A stretch of 64,000 bases of DNA from Mantamonas sphyraenae STR306 (Eukaryota; Protista; CRuMs). Below are positions 12,053-24,230 of the stretch, one piece after another (the stretch's first letter is position 1; each line of letters opens with the position of its first letter). The position numbers and the translations under genes are program-made. The notes under the pieces were generated by a model. That model was not told where the DNA came from, ran no database searches, and saw nothing but the letters and a program-made list of their open reading frames with translations. The stretch lies in assembly GCA_026936335.1 (NCBI GenBank), contig JAPMXV010000029.1:496001-560000 (forward strand). Reading direction: 5' to 3'.

Positions 12053-13039
12053 TCATTTTCTCCCCATGAAGTGTTCTGTGTTGCGGAAGGAGCTGTTGTC
12101 GCGCAGAGAGACATCGTGGCGCTTGTACTCCATGGACGTGTTGCTGGGTAGACTGAGCACGCGCTGGAGCGTCTCCCTGTGAGTGAGCGACCAGGCATGG
12201 TCGATTCCAAGGCGTCCGTTCGCACATGGCATCCGAGTCAGTTGATTGGCCATTGGACATGTGCACCGTGTCGTGCACTTTGTGTTTGTGTCGTTGCCGC
12301 TGTGTGCATCGCTCAATCTTCCACACAGACCGCCAACCTACCGAATGCTCAGGCACGTTTCTTTGTCCGTGGTACGGTTCCACAAGGAGATAATATCCTC
12401 GTTGTTGCGAATGGAGATGACCGCGCCGCAGATGTCATCTCCGTTGTCAAACTGGTCCCCGATGACAGCCAGCACCTGTGAGCCAGTGAGCGTGTACACA
12501 ACGCTGGGTGAGTTGGCAATCCGCCCATGTACCCCACCGTCCTTCTCACGTACCAGAGCCTCCCACATGGCCGATGCCAGACCCTTGCGAATGCGTACGA
12601 TCCATTTGCCCCCCTTCTTGTTGTTCTCGTCCTGTGTGTCCGCGTGTGTGTCCGCGTGTGTGTGTGAGTGTGTGTGAAGCCGTGGACGCGTCAGCACTCT
12701 CAGAAGCGGAAAAACTGCACTGTGCGCACTCACCTCCCACAGCGGCTTGATGCCCTTTTTGAACAGATGGTAGTTGGACTGCAGCGGCAAGTCGTCTGGT
12801 TGTGTCATGTAGTTGTAGTATCCCCAGAATTGCTCCACCGTGCCAAATTCGCCCACCAGCTGCAAATTCTTCTCGTAGCTGTCCGTGCTCTGCGGCACCC
12901 CGCCCGTCGTACGCCGAGCAAACTGGAACGCCCATTCGTACATCAGCTCGTGTTCGCCATCTTCGTTGAGACTCTGCTCCTCGTCATGCGAGTCCATCGC
13001 CTCTGCGCGCACCACGTCGTCGCTCAGCGTCTCGCTCAT
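12053..13039 (-). CDS. EIF4E2: eIF4E family cap-binding protein, class II (4EHP/nCBP-like); 4 exons
   Basis: FGTVEQFWGYY, YHLFKKGIKPLWE/DENNKKGGKW, DDICGAVISIR..EDIISLWN, EYKRHDVSLRDNSSFRNT (nCBP-like tail). Confidence 0.88.
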
Positions 13040-13142
13040 CTCTTCCTGGTCCAGCCAGCGCACCCACCACCCTCCTACACACCAAACATCATCCGTGCAT
13101 CCAGCTGTGAAACATCCTGCTTTATCGTGCTCCTTCCCTCCC

Positions 13143-14917
13143 TCAATTGACACCCATGGCGTCCAGGATCAGTTCAAACACTGTCTGCTCGGCCTCGCCA
13201 GCAGGCACAACCACCACATGTTCCTTGCCCAGAGCTTTGTGTACCTTGTCGATGCTCTTGTGGTAGGCTTGCAGGCGCGAGTTGACACGATCTTTGCGGT
13301 CTCGCGGATGCTGCTCCAGCCTCACACGCACCAGCTCATCCAAGTCGCCGTCTGTCACTCCCAACACGTACTCCTCGCCCGTCACCGGATCGTATCGCCT
13401 TTCTGTGAGCCGCTTCGTGGCAATGGGGTAGCTCACAGCCAGGTGGACGTAGTAGTCTGGTTCCAGGCCGTTTTCCTGCAACGCCGCCAGCTGATCCTTG
13501 CTGCGAGGGAACCCCTCCAGCACCCAACCGTTCTCTACACAGTCTTTTTGCTGCAGACGAGCCTCCACCAGCTCGTTCATCAGGTCATCTGGCACCAGCG
13601 TCGGATCGCCTGTGTCTTGGTTCACAAACTCGGCCAACGCCTGTCCCAGTTTCGTGTCCGATGCCACCTCCATGCGGATCAGCTGGCCCGTGCACACTGG
13701 CACAAGACCACACTGGGCTGCAAGTCGCATCGCCTGCGTGCGCTTGCCAGCTCCAGGCGGGCCCGTAAGCACAACTTTGTACGGAGTCAGCTTGCCTTTC
13801 CTCTTTGTCAGGGCCCGGTTGACGGCCTTCACCACCTGTTCGCCAACCTCCTGCGGCGATCCAGATCCGTCCACAGAGCGCACAATCGAACTGAAGCAGT
13901 TCAGGATACCCGCCAGATTCTGTGGTTTCGCGATTTTCCCTCCTTGTCAGCGTCCAAACGGGGTCATTGCATCATCCTCGCCCTTTTCTCACACCTATCA
14001 TTACCTCGTGGTACGTGGCAAGACGCTCAAGCACGCGCTCCTCTGTGTCGTCGTCGCGCACGACCAACCGATCGACAATCCCTGCCGGGGGCGGCTTGAA
14101 CTCCATGTGGTAGATCTCGTTTGTCTGTGGGTCCAGACGACGACCTGTCACACGTCCCACAATAGCCTTGTCCGGTACCTGTGTCCCCGTGGTGCAACTG
14201 TGTCAGCCGGCCGGGTCGATTTGCCTGCACAAGTGACCGTTGACCCAAGCCTCCCCTCTTTGCCCCCGAGATAACTCACGTCCAGCAGCACAAACACATC
14301 GGCAAGGATACCTGACGCCTGCATCGTCAGTGCTTGCGTACGTGTGCGCGGGAAGCCGTCCAGCAGCCAGCCGTTCGCCTTGCAGTCCTCGTCCGCAAGC
14401 CGTTCCTTCACCATCTCAATCACCAGTTCGTCCGGCACCAGCTTTCCACTCTGGACCATCGACTTGGCCTGCTTGCCCAGTGGAGTCTGTGCATACACAC
14501 ACACATTCCGTCACGCCGAGTGTGTCATGCATCACCCAGTACAAGCCCGTTTCACCGTGTTAGCCGTCCACGTCGCGTGCCTCCATACCCTCGCGCCCAA
14601 CCCCCCCCTTTCGCCACCCGTTTCCACGCAAAACCCACGTTGTTTGCAATGTGCGCACGCAGCAGATCGCCACTTGAAATGTGCACCACGCCATACTCCT
14701 GCACCAGGATCTCGCACTGTGTGCCCTTGCCTCCACCAGGCGGGCCGGCGATGATGATTTTCGGCTTCACCTCCTGGTCCAGTGCTTCAATCAGAAACTC
14801 GATCGGGTCAGCAGGTTTGTTGATGATCACCTGCTCCATAAGATCCTCAAGCATGCTGCTGATATCATGCTTCTCCATGTAGGCGGCGGCGGATGCCTCA
14901 AACTTCGCCGAGCTCAT
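13143..14917 (-). CDS. AK8: Tandem adenylate kinase with N-terminal Dpy-30/RIIa-like docking motif (AK8-like, flagellar); exons 14917-14639, 14486-14280, 14178-14005, 13919-13143
   Basis: YMEKHDI..MLEDL....[12 protein letters not shown]; two P-loops [10 protein letters not shown] and [10 protein letters not shown]; GWLLDGFPR and GWVLEGFPR. Confidence 0.8.
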
Positions 14918-15004
14918 CACGCGTTTTCGTTGCCGGCCCAGCCGCGGAAAAGAGCGCTTCATTGTCCACATTTGAGCGCACACATGCCCCCCATTCGTTT
15001 TCGC

Positions 15005-16669
15005 ATGTCTCACTCACACACACACCGCCTCCAGATCGTGCAGTAGCGTGCCGTCCTTGCCCAGCACCGCCCCTTCCTCGTCCTCCTCACTCCCATCCGT
15101 CACCGCATCCTCATCCTCATCAACCCCCCACGATCCAGTGCTCATCGACGTCAGCGACGTGTTCAGCATGCTGTCCCTGTCTCCTCACTCCCGCTGTCCC
15201 TTCTCCTCATATCTCCCTTGCCCTGCTTCTTCTGCTCCGCACTCGCTGCTGCCACCTCCTCTCCATCCACTCCCTGTTCGTTGTCCAAAAGTGTGTCCAC
15301 CACAACCTCCAGCGTCTCTGTTCCGTTCCCGTCGTCCTCCGCGTGTGCCTTCATCCCTTCCGCCAGCTGCAACCGCTCCAGCACCCATTCGTCATCCTGC
15401 ACTCGCTCCATCACCTCTTGTGCCTCCGAAACACTCATTCCTTTCCCTTCCATCTTCTTCATCTCTTCCACCATCCTTTCTGCCACGCTCTCCACATCCC
15501 CAAACGAGTTCCAGTCTTCCACCACCACCGCCGTCTTCCCATTCCCCTCCATCTGCTCCACAAACTCCCCGTAGCACCTTCCCAGCCCCTCCAGGTACGC
15601 CACAGGCACTCCGCTCTCGCAGTCACGCGCCCGCAGCATGATCCGCTCCGCGCACACTTCTGCGCTGGCATCCAGATACAGCAGCACGTCTGGTGCAGGC
15701 AGCCACCCCAGCAGCCGCTGACGCACCGCTTGGTAGTATGCATATCCTGCCTCGTCCATGTTTCCGTCCACCAGGTTCTGGTCTGCAAACACTACGTCCG
15801 AGTAGATCGACCTGTCCAGGATCACTCCCGACCCTGACCCATCCTCTCTGTGTCAGTTCACGCACAACCACCCCATCCTCATTCCTCTCCTCTCCGTTTG
15901 CCACCCTCTCCGTGGCCATGCTACGCCCTGCGTCCCCCCCCTAGGGCCGCAGACGTCATGCGGAGTTTTTGCCCGCCTTTTGCGCGCCTTTTTCGCGCCA
16001 AAACCACTCTTTGAACTCGCTTCCCGCGCGCACACTCACCCGTCTCTGCCACATGACGCAGCGCACGCACGAGTGTCTTGAACCTCTGGCGCAGCAGCCA
16101 CAGCTGCATTGTAAGCGCCCACTTCTTTGGTTCCTCGTAGTACTTTACCAGATAGTCATTCGAGTACGTCGGCTGCTCCCGCCAAAAACGCAAAGCGCAC
16201 ACGCCCAGCCACACCGCCCGTCACAGCACCACACGTCTTGTCAGCCACCCTCCCGTACCCACACACCTGTTCCCCACGCTGCAACGGCGTGTTTCACCTG
16301 CCCTCTGCCCACTCACCTCCAGGAACGACTGGAACCCAGTCAGGTTGGACAGCTGCCTCGTGATCGTGCTCTTGCCCGCCCCGATGTTGCCCTCCACAAT
16401 AATGATTTTGGCGTCCATGGTTTGTTCAAACAAGTTGCAAGTATGCGTATGCGTATGCGTCTCTTTGTCGTGTGTGTTGCGTGTTCAGACTCGACCTGGT
16501 GCAAACGGGAGGCTGCGCCAGAGTTGGGTTGAAGTTTGGTTGGGCTTCGGCGCGCACAGGTCGCCTCAGAGGGTTGTATACAGCGACAACCAAGACACAG
16601 ATCGGGGTGGGCGCATGTCTTTGCGTGACCCTACGTGACGACACACACTCCCCCCCACATTCACAACCG
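15005..16669. repeat. Second arm of the dNK inverted duplication
   Basis: Reverse complement of 6905-8570. Confidence 0.95.
15014..16418 (-). CDS. Deoxynucleoside kinase copy B; 1-nt deletion near 15184 truncates only the acidic tail (stop at 15163)
   Basis: Near-identical to 7156-8561; GAGTGAGGAGAC versus GAGTGAGGGAGAC. Confidence 0.9.
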
Positions 16670-16718
16670 CTGCATCTGAAGCGCCAGGTGTACCACAAAA
16701 TCCACCCCGTCCCCAGCA

Positions 16719-18251
16719 ATGTCGACATCGTCATCATCATCATCATCTTCGTCGTCATCAGCATCGGCCATGGCCACATCTACCACGCAAAGTTCAGCAA
16801 CAGCAAACGACCATGCCTACCTGCAATACGGCGATACGGTGCTCATTGCCGTCAGCGACGAACGACGCCTGTTTCACGGACTTCGGGCGTCAAGCAGCTT
16901 CCGCATAGGACGCACCAAGATCATGGGCGAGGATCTGGTGGGCAAGCGATGGGGCAGCACATTTGCCGTCTCGGACGCCGAGGGTCTGTCTCTTGTGTCG
17001 GCCGCACAGCACGCCATTGTGGACGTGGACACGGCGAACGACGAGGAACAGCTGACAAGCAACAATGCAGAGCTGGACGACGACGTGGCCCACCAAAAGA
17101 TCAGCTTCGAGGAGATTGAAGAGCTCAAGACACAGCTCAAGGGCAAAGACCTGGTGAGCACGCTGGTGGAGAACAACGTCAAGTTTGATGGCAAGACCGA
17201 GTTTGCACAGGCCAAGTACAAGGAAAGGAAACTGAACAAGTACGACAAGTTCTTCACAGTCTTGGAGCCGACGCCTGAGAATGTGTGCGAAACGTCGTTC
17301 ACCCACAACCCGCAGGGGACCGGCAACCTGCGCATCGACACCCTTGCACTGCTCCTCAACGGAGCCAACATCATGGCTGGCAACCATGTGTTGGTGGTCG
17401 ACACCTGCTCGGGCCTCCTGCTGGGCTCTGTGCTCAAACGCATGGGCGGCCAGGGCCGCGTCGCCTCCGTGTACGTCATTCAAAAGAGCATAGAGTGCTA
17501 CAAGAAGTTCAACTGGCGCAACAACGAGGAGGACATCCTGTGTCACCTGCCAGCAAACATGCTCAACTACGTCGAGGCCCAAGTGCACAAGTTCAAGGCG
17601 CCGTCCAACCTCGCCGACCAGTCCGCCTCCAATGAGGACGCATCCACAGATGCAGACGCATCCATGGACGTGCAAAGTGCGGAGAATCAGCAGGGGGAGG
17701 AGCAGGATAATCAAAGTGCGGACATGGAGGTTCAGGAAGCGTCCTCGAGCACAGGAACGCAGCAAGCACCCACGCAGCGCAAGGACAAGTACACAGACAA
17801 CAAGGAGCGGGTCCATGAGTTCTTCCGCGACGGATTCAACAGCATGGTGATGGCCCTGGCGAACGAAGACCCCGCCAGCATGGTGAACAAGTGCTGGGGC
17901 TTCCTCAACCACGGCGCCTCGTTTGCCATCTACTCCCCGTACCGTGAACCGCTTGCGCAGCTGCACTTTGACCTGTCCTGTGGCAAAAAGACGGCGGATT
18001 TGGAGCTGAGCGAGTCCTTCCTGCGCATCCAGCAGGTGTTGCCAGGACGTACGCACCCGTCCATGAACATGGCTGCGGGAACAGGCTATGTCCTCACCGG
18101 GTTTGTCCTCAAGGAGTCGATGGAGTTGACCAAGAAGCGTGCACAGCAGGAGCGAGACGGAACCGTGCACGAGAACAGCCACAACAAGCGACGCAAGCGC
18201 GGCGGTGGCGGCAAGGGCCACTACCGTCGCTGGAAAAAGCAAACACGATGA
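16719..18251 (+). CDS. TRM6: tRNA (m1A58) methyltransferase non-catalytic subunit TRM6/Gcd10
   Basis: QKISFEEIEELK, FDGKTEFAQAKY..RK..KY, LRIDTLALLL..ANI, QVLPGRTHPSMNM...GYVL. Confidence 0.93.
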   Translation: MSTSSSSSSSSSSSASAMATSTTQSSATANDHAYLQYGDTVLIAVSDERRLFHGLRASSSFRIGRTKIMGEDLVGKRWGSTFAVSDAEGLSLVSAAQHAIVDVDTANDEEQLTSNNAELDDDVAHQKISFEEIEELKTQLKGKDLVSTLVENNVKFDGKTEFAQAKYKERKLNKYDKFFTVLEPTPENVCETSFTHNPQGTGNLRIDTLALLLNGANIMAGNHVLVVDTCSGLLLGSVLKRMGGQGRVASVYVIQKSIECYKKFNWRNNEEDILCHLPANMLNYVEAQVHKFKAPSNLADQSASNEDASTDADASMDVQSAENQQGEEQDNQSADMEVQEASSSTGTQQAPTQRKDKYTDNKERVHEFFRDGFNSMVMALANEDPASMVNKCWGFLNHGASFAIYSPYREPLAQLHFDLSCGKKTADLELSESFLRIQQVLPGRTHPSMNMAAGTGYVLTGFVLKESMELTKKRAQQERDGTVHENSHNKRRKRGGGGKGHYRRWKKQTR

Positions 18252-18327
18252 AATTGATGATGCAATTGAAATTGGAATCAATGTGTGTTGTCCCTGCCGA
18301 GCAGCTGCACCTCCACACACACACGCC

Positions 18328-21300
18328 TCACGCAAACAGAAAATCCTTAAAGGCGGCATAGCGTTGCTGCACAATCTGGATGACCACGGCGCGGTACTTG
18401 GCCTGCTCATCCGTCATGTGCATCATGTACGCCAGCACATCGTCGGTGGGAGTGTTGCCGCCGTAGATTTGGTTGCTCAGCACATTGCTAAGCTTCTCAA
18501 AGTGCGTTTGTAGCAAGCGCCGCGCTTCAAGGCGACACTCACGCTCTGCATTGTACAGCATCATCAGCGCAATGCGCGCCGGGAAGGACACCTTTTGCCA
18601 TGGCTCATCCTCGTCCATCAGCGCCGTGTTGTGCTTGTTCTTCTTCTTGTGACTCGCAAGCTGCAACTGCTGCATGTATCCGTGCCCCGTGCTGCGACCC
18701 ACGCCAAACTCAAACCACCGTGCCAGGGCGCTGGAGAACTCGTCACCCACCGAGCAATCGCCGTCGGAAGGCGACGAGGGACTGAAGTACAGTGCGTCGC
18801 AGCCCAGTTTGCAGGCCAGCGTGCACACTGCCTCGTAGATGGCCAGAAGCACCAGGTCAAAGTGCTCGGTGATTTCGGCGCTCGAAGACGGCACTGCCTC
18901 GATGCTCATGGGCAACACCTCCTCGATGTTGTTGAACATCGATGCAAAGTGGATGTTCACCACGTCGCGTTCGTCGATGGTGAATCCGTTGCGCAGTCTG
19001 TCGTACCCTTGCTCCATCCACGTGCGCACCACGTTCTCGTCAATGTTCAGCTTGACCCCACGCAAGAGCCGGTACACCAGTGCACGATGTCCCTTGCGTT
19101 GGATGTACAGACCCAGCTGCGTCATCACTATGTCCTCTCCGAGCAGCTGTGCCGCATGCTCCATCGTCAAAACCTCTCGCGGCGTCTCTTCTCCCCCTCG
19201 TCCGTTGTCGCCTGCACCTGCGCCCCCTTTGCTTGCCGCGGTGCCTTTGCCCTTCTTGCCCTTGGCCTTGCCCTTGGCCTTGCTTGCCTTGGACTTGCTC
19301 TTGGTTTTCTTGGCCTTTGTGGCCACCGACGACATCTGCTCCTGGGCCAGTCGCTCCTCCTCCTCCTCTTGAGCGCGTCTGGCGGCATACTGCACTCCTG
19401 CCACCACCAGCTTCTCCAGGTATGTCGTCAGGGTCTCGTCGCCCGGCAGACTGGCGCCGTCTTCGCGCTCGTACAGGGTTCCCTTGGGCACGCGGTAGCC
19501 CTCGAGCTGGCTGTACTCCAAGGCAGAGATGTCCAACTGGTAGACGAGCGACCCCACAGGCAGTTGCGTGCGCACATAAGGCGCTGACGTCCAATACGCC
19601 CCGTCTGCACTGTCGCCCGGCAGAATGACGAGGTACCGTCGCATGCCGTCGTGATCCAGGACCATACTCGTCACGACCACCATTTCCGCCCACATTGCCC
19701 TCCCTCCGCTCTGTCCCACCTTTTCTTCCTCTACCTCGTGATCCACCTGGACAAACACCGTCCTGCCGTCGCGCACTGCTGGTCCTTTTGCATCAAAGTA
19801 CGAGTCTGTCGACGACGTCGACGACGATGCTTCAGAGTCTTCCTGCTGTTCCCCCTTGCGTGCTCGCTTCGATTTGCGCTGCTGATCGTCACTGTCGTCC
19901 TCCGACGACTCCATGTGCTTGCGCTTGGTGCCCACTTGTGCTGCCGCTTCGCTGGCAGCTCCTGCTCGGCCCTCGTCCATCTCCGCCACCACATCCCATC
20001 CACTCTCGCGTGCTTTGTCCACCAGACTGCTGAGGTCTGCCTGCAGGGGGCGCGGCGGCTGAGCCAACAGTTCAACTCCGCGCGTGCGCTTCAGTTCGTC
20101 CTTCAACGCTGTCAACTGTGCCGCATCCAGACCCACATGCTTGGGATGGCAGCCATGGTTGCGCACCTGGAAGTGGAAAGCCAGGTGCACGTGCTTCTCG
20201 TGCCGATGCATCAGTTCCTCGCCAGCCTCGTCGATCAACGTTTTGTACGCGGTGCCCGTCACATCCACACCGTGCCTCCAGCTCAGGAATGTCAATAATA
20301 TAGGCTGGGGCGTGATCATGTGAAGCTGATGTACGGGCACCAGATTTCCTTGCTGGGCATCTGACTCCTCCACATCCATGGACGACGACGACGATGACGA
20401 CGACGAAGACGACGACGACGATGCGTTGTCTGCATCCTCGTCGTTGCTATCATCGCTTGCCTGCGGACCCAGCCAACGCAACAGAGGCCGTTCCTCAGTC
20501 GTGGGCCACGTATGCAGCTCGTCCAGGGTCAGCAAAAGGAAGCCAAAGCAGGCGCCAGACGCACCGTCCCGCCAGTGTGCAGGCGGCTCGTTCCACGCCA
20601 GCACAGTGCCCTTGGTCAACGCTGCGCGAGTGAGAGCATGCACGTAAGTGGTTGTGTGTGTGTGTGTGTGTGTGTGATCCCGTGACAGGGCGGGAACGAA
20701 CACCGGAATCGGGAAACTTACGGTCACCGTTTTCGCTGGCAAACTCGGACAACAACGGAGACAAGCGCTGCTCGTAGTAGAAGCCCTTCATGGCAGTAGG
20801 AGACTTGCTGCCACACATGACGCGTGAGATGTCAATCCAAGCACGGCCAAATGCACAAAAGGCCTCTTTGAACAGGATCTTCTCCTCCTCACGCCACTCA
20901 GTGGGCGAAAAGTGTGCTTGGACCTCGGGGCGCATGACAAAACGGGTGCGCTTCTGCTTTTTCCCGTCTCGCTTCCTGCCAGCGTGCATGTTGAGGCTGA
21001 GGGAACAGTTTGCGGCCTCGGCGACCTGGGTGATAAGCAGCGGCGGCTTGGTGCGGGGCTCCTGGCCTTCGCCCGGAAAGTCGAGGAGGCCACGGGAGAC
21101 GTGGAGCATGTCGCCAAGGTGGGATTCGAGAGTGGATGCCTCGGTGACGGAGCTGCTCAAGTAGTCCCACACATCGGCGTATTCTTGGCATTGCACCAGG
21201 TCCAGATAGGGCGGAGTCCACGCATCCTGTTTGTGAAGCAGGCCTCGTTTGTATGAAGCCACAAAGTGTTTGCTGCCTCGCGTGTGTTCGCCGTTCTCCT

Positions 21301-22681
21301 TGGTGTCGCGCATCACGAAGCGGGGCACGGCCAGCGTGGCGCCCTGGTGCTCTTCGTCAGCCTGCCGTGCAAGCTCGCTGTCTTCATCGTCGTCGTCGTC
21401 GTCGTCGTCTCGACCACCAACAGCCACCGAATCCATGTCCACGGCAGTGTGCACACCTGCGTCGTTCACGAGTGTGCGCATGCGTTGCGAACGCAGGGCA
21501 AACGGCATCCGGCTGATATCTTCCCACGTGCGGCGCCACTGCCTGGCCGCTTCGGACGAGTCATGACTTTCGTCTCGAGTCATTTCCTCGTCCTCTTTGT
21601 CGTTGCTGCCATTGTCGTCGGTCACGTGCACCTTGAGGTCCTCCAACTCGGGAGGCACGCGGGTGTTGCGTGCGCCTTTGGTGCGCAGCCTGCGCATTCG
21701 CAGCGCCTGTTCGATTTTGGCCAGCTGGTGTCGCGTGCGCATGCTTTTTTGCATCACACGATATCCACTCTCCATGGAAGGAGGGCCAGCTGCTGCTACC
21801 AGTTGTAGCGAGGACGACGCGTCTCCATCGCGTCCTCCGGCCGTGGATCCACGCTCCAGCGTGGCCAGGGCCGATGACGACGATGCAGAGGTGCCCCCTT
21901 TTGTGTTGTTACTTAGTTGTCGCTTTGCGTTTTTGCCACGCCTGCCCGAGCGACCGCTGTTTTTGCCGTTGCGTGCTGCCGAGGGCAAGCCTTCAAAGTG
22001 GCCCGTGGACGCACGCCTGCCTGTGCGCGCAAACGAGTCTGTGAGAGCTCGCTGGCTGCGTTGGTGCAATGCATCCACACTCATGTTGTCGTGCATCATG
22101 TCTGCCTCCTCTTCAGGCACGTTCGACGGGAAAAAATGGCTTGAATGTGTCGGCGTCGCCTCGCCGCTGCTGACAATGGAGTCCAGAGCAGGCAGATCCA
22201 ACTCTTCGTCCGAGGCCTTTTGTACATGTGCATGATGGTGCCTCTGGATCTGCTGCTGCGGGGTCCTTGGGGCGGCCCCTCCAGCCAGGTGCATGCTTGA
22301 CATCACTGGTGGTGCCGAGTACACCGAGCTGGACGACATCATGTGTCCTTCCTCGGGCGCTCCGTGTGGCGGCGCCCCGCCCGTGTGGTGGTGGTTGCCG
22401 TCAAAGCCGTGCAGACCAAACACAAAGTGCGAGTCGTCCAGCGACTGCACCAGTTCCAGGTCTGCCTCGAACGAGTGTGTGGAACTGGTGCGCGGCCTGG
22501 CTTGCATCATGCTGCGCGCCGCTGTGTGGTCCACTTGGGCGTACAGCGGGTGCGGTTCCCCCATGGTGTGTTTTCGCAGTTGGTCAAAGCTCAGCGAGTC
22601 GGTGGATGTGTGGTGGTCCTGGTGCACGGAACCACTCCGCCTCGCATGTGTGCGGTTGGCTTTGGTGTGCTCCAGTTCCAT
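18328..22681 (-). CDS. Large SANT/Myb-domain nuclear protein; intron 20721-20622; the 5' end may extend to ~23065 via an extra exon
   Basis: EWREEEKILFKEAFCAFGRAWIDISRVMCGSKS....FYY SANT repeat; the GTAAG...CAG intron joins the 728-aa and 804-aa ORFs in frame. Confidence 0.7.
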
Positions 22682-24230
22682 CTCGCTGCCCTCGCGTGGG
22701 CCGTGGCCACGAGAGATGGCTTTCCACCATCAAGCATAAAATTTCTCCCGACGTCATCCCGGCCTCCTGCACCGCCGTGGAATGCCTCGTCATCGTCTTC
22801 GTGCGAGTCGTACTTGCTCGACCTGTGAGGAGTGATTGGTGTTCACAAGGTGTGTCAGCCATGGCCTACGTACGCGTGCGGACCCTCCTTCTGCGCGTCG
22901 TTCCGTCTCCAATTCCCTAGCCGGCCTCCACGGGACAAACATGCACACCCGACCGTGAGAATGGCACGAATGCCTTGTGTATCCATGCCATGTGCCATGG
23001 TATCCACACAAGCGCTGGATGGGCCGTGCGAAATCTGAGTACGGCGCCTCGTCACCAGAGGGCATCCTCGTGCGAGGACACGCCAACACGTCCTCAACCC
23101 TGACACCTACGCATGCATTTTCGCATGCTTCAAGCTCTGCAAACGCACATGCATAGGAAACGGCTATATATCCGAGCTGGGAGCATATCCAGGCACATAG
23201 ACCCCACCCTGAGGCGTACGGGCGCTCCGAGCGCGAACGGGAAGATGCTTCTCGGGCACGGGAAAATTCGACTGGTGAATTGGCAGCCGCCGTCCTCGAC
23301 GATGCAGCATGCATTTTTCGCGTACAAGCCGCGAGCATACAGAACATGTGTGCTTCTATGCACTCCTCCACTCGCGTGCGTGCACGCCTCCTCTTGTGTG
23401 AACTTTCAAAGACACCCGTGTCCGGCTGTGTCTCAACACATGGCGTTCCGAAATCCAACCAGGAACTTTCTTCCTCACCTGCTCAGTCGTCGTCCGTGCC
23501 AAGCTCCGCCTCTCGTTTGCTGCGAGGCGTGCCTTCCCGGGAAGATTCCCGAGATTGATCCTCGTGCGCCTCTTCACTGGTGGTGTTTCCCATGCAGTTG
23601 CCCACCCGACGGAGTCGCGTTTTCCTTGCAGGCGCCTTCGCCCGCTGCCAACACACCCCTGCTTGAGGTTCAGCGACCGGTATTACACTGTCACACGGAC
23701 CATGGATTATCCATGACTTTATTCCCTGCCCTTTCCGCCCAGCTTCTGCTGGGTGATTTGTGCTCGTCGCTTGAGTTGCGTTTTTCTGTTCTTGCGTCCC
23801 ATGCTCCACAAACCGTGCGACACCATCCAATTGACCCTCGACCTTGCCCCATGCCGCAGATTCCGGATCTCGGTGGGCAATGGGTCCACCTCTTTCAACG
23901 CATGGGCCGTCTCGGCGTCCTCGAACACCACTGCTGCGGAGGTTGCTCCGCTGGTTGCACTTGAGCGTGAACAGAATTCACCATCAAGTCTGATGCCCTG
24001 AAAATCTTCAGCATGGGCACAGATACCATGTCCGTGTGATTGGAGGTGGATTGCTATCATGCGTAAGTGCACAGCATGTTCAACAGGCTCGCTGTGCACC
24101 CGGAAAGGATTCGTCGGACAACAAGCCATGTGGGCCCCTGAAAATGTACTTCAGTACCATCCTACACGTGGAATGAGCATGTGCGAGTAAGTGCTCGACT
24201 ATTCCGCGCCATCTCCGCCAAGACAACAAC

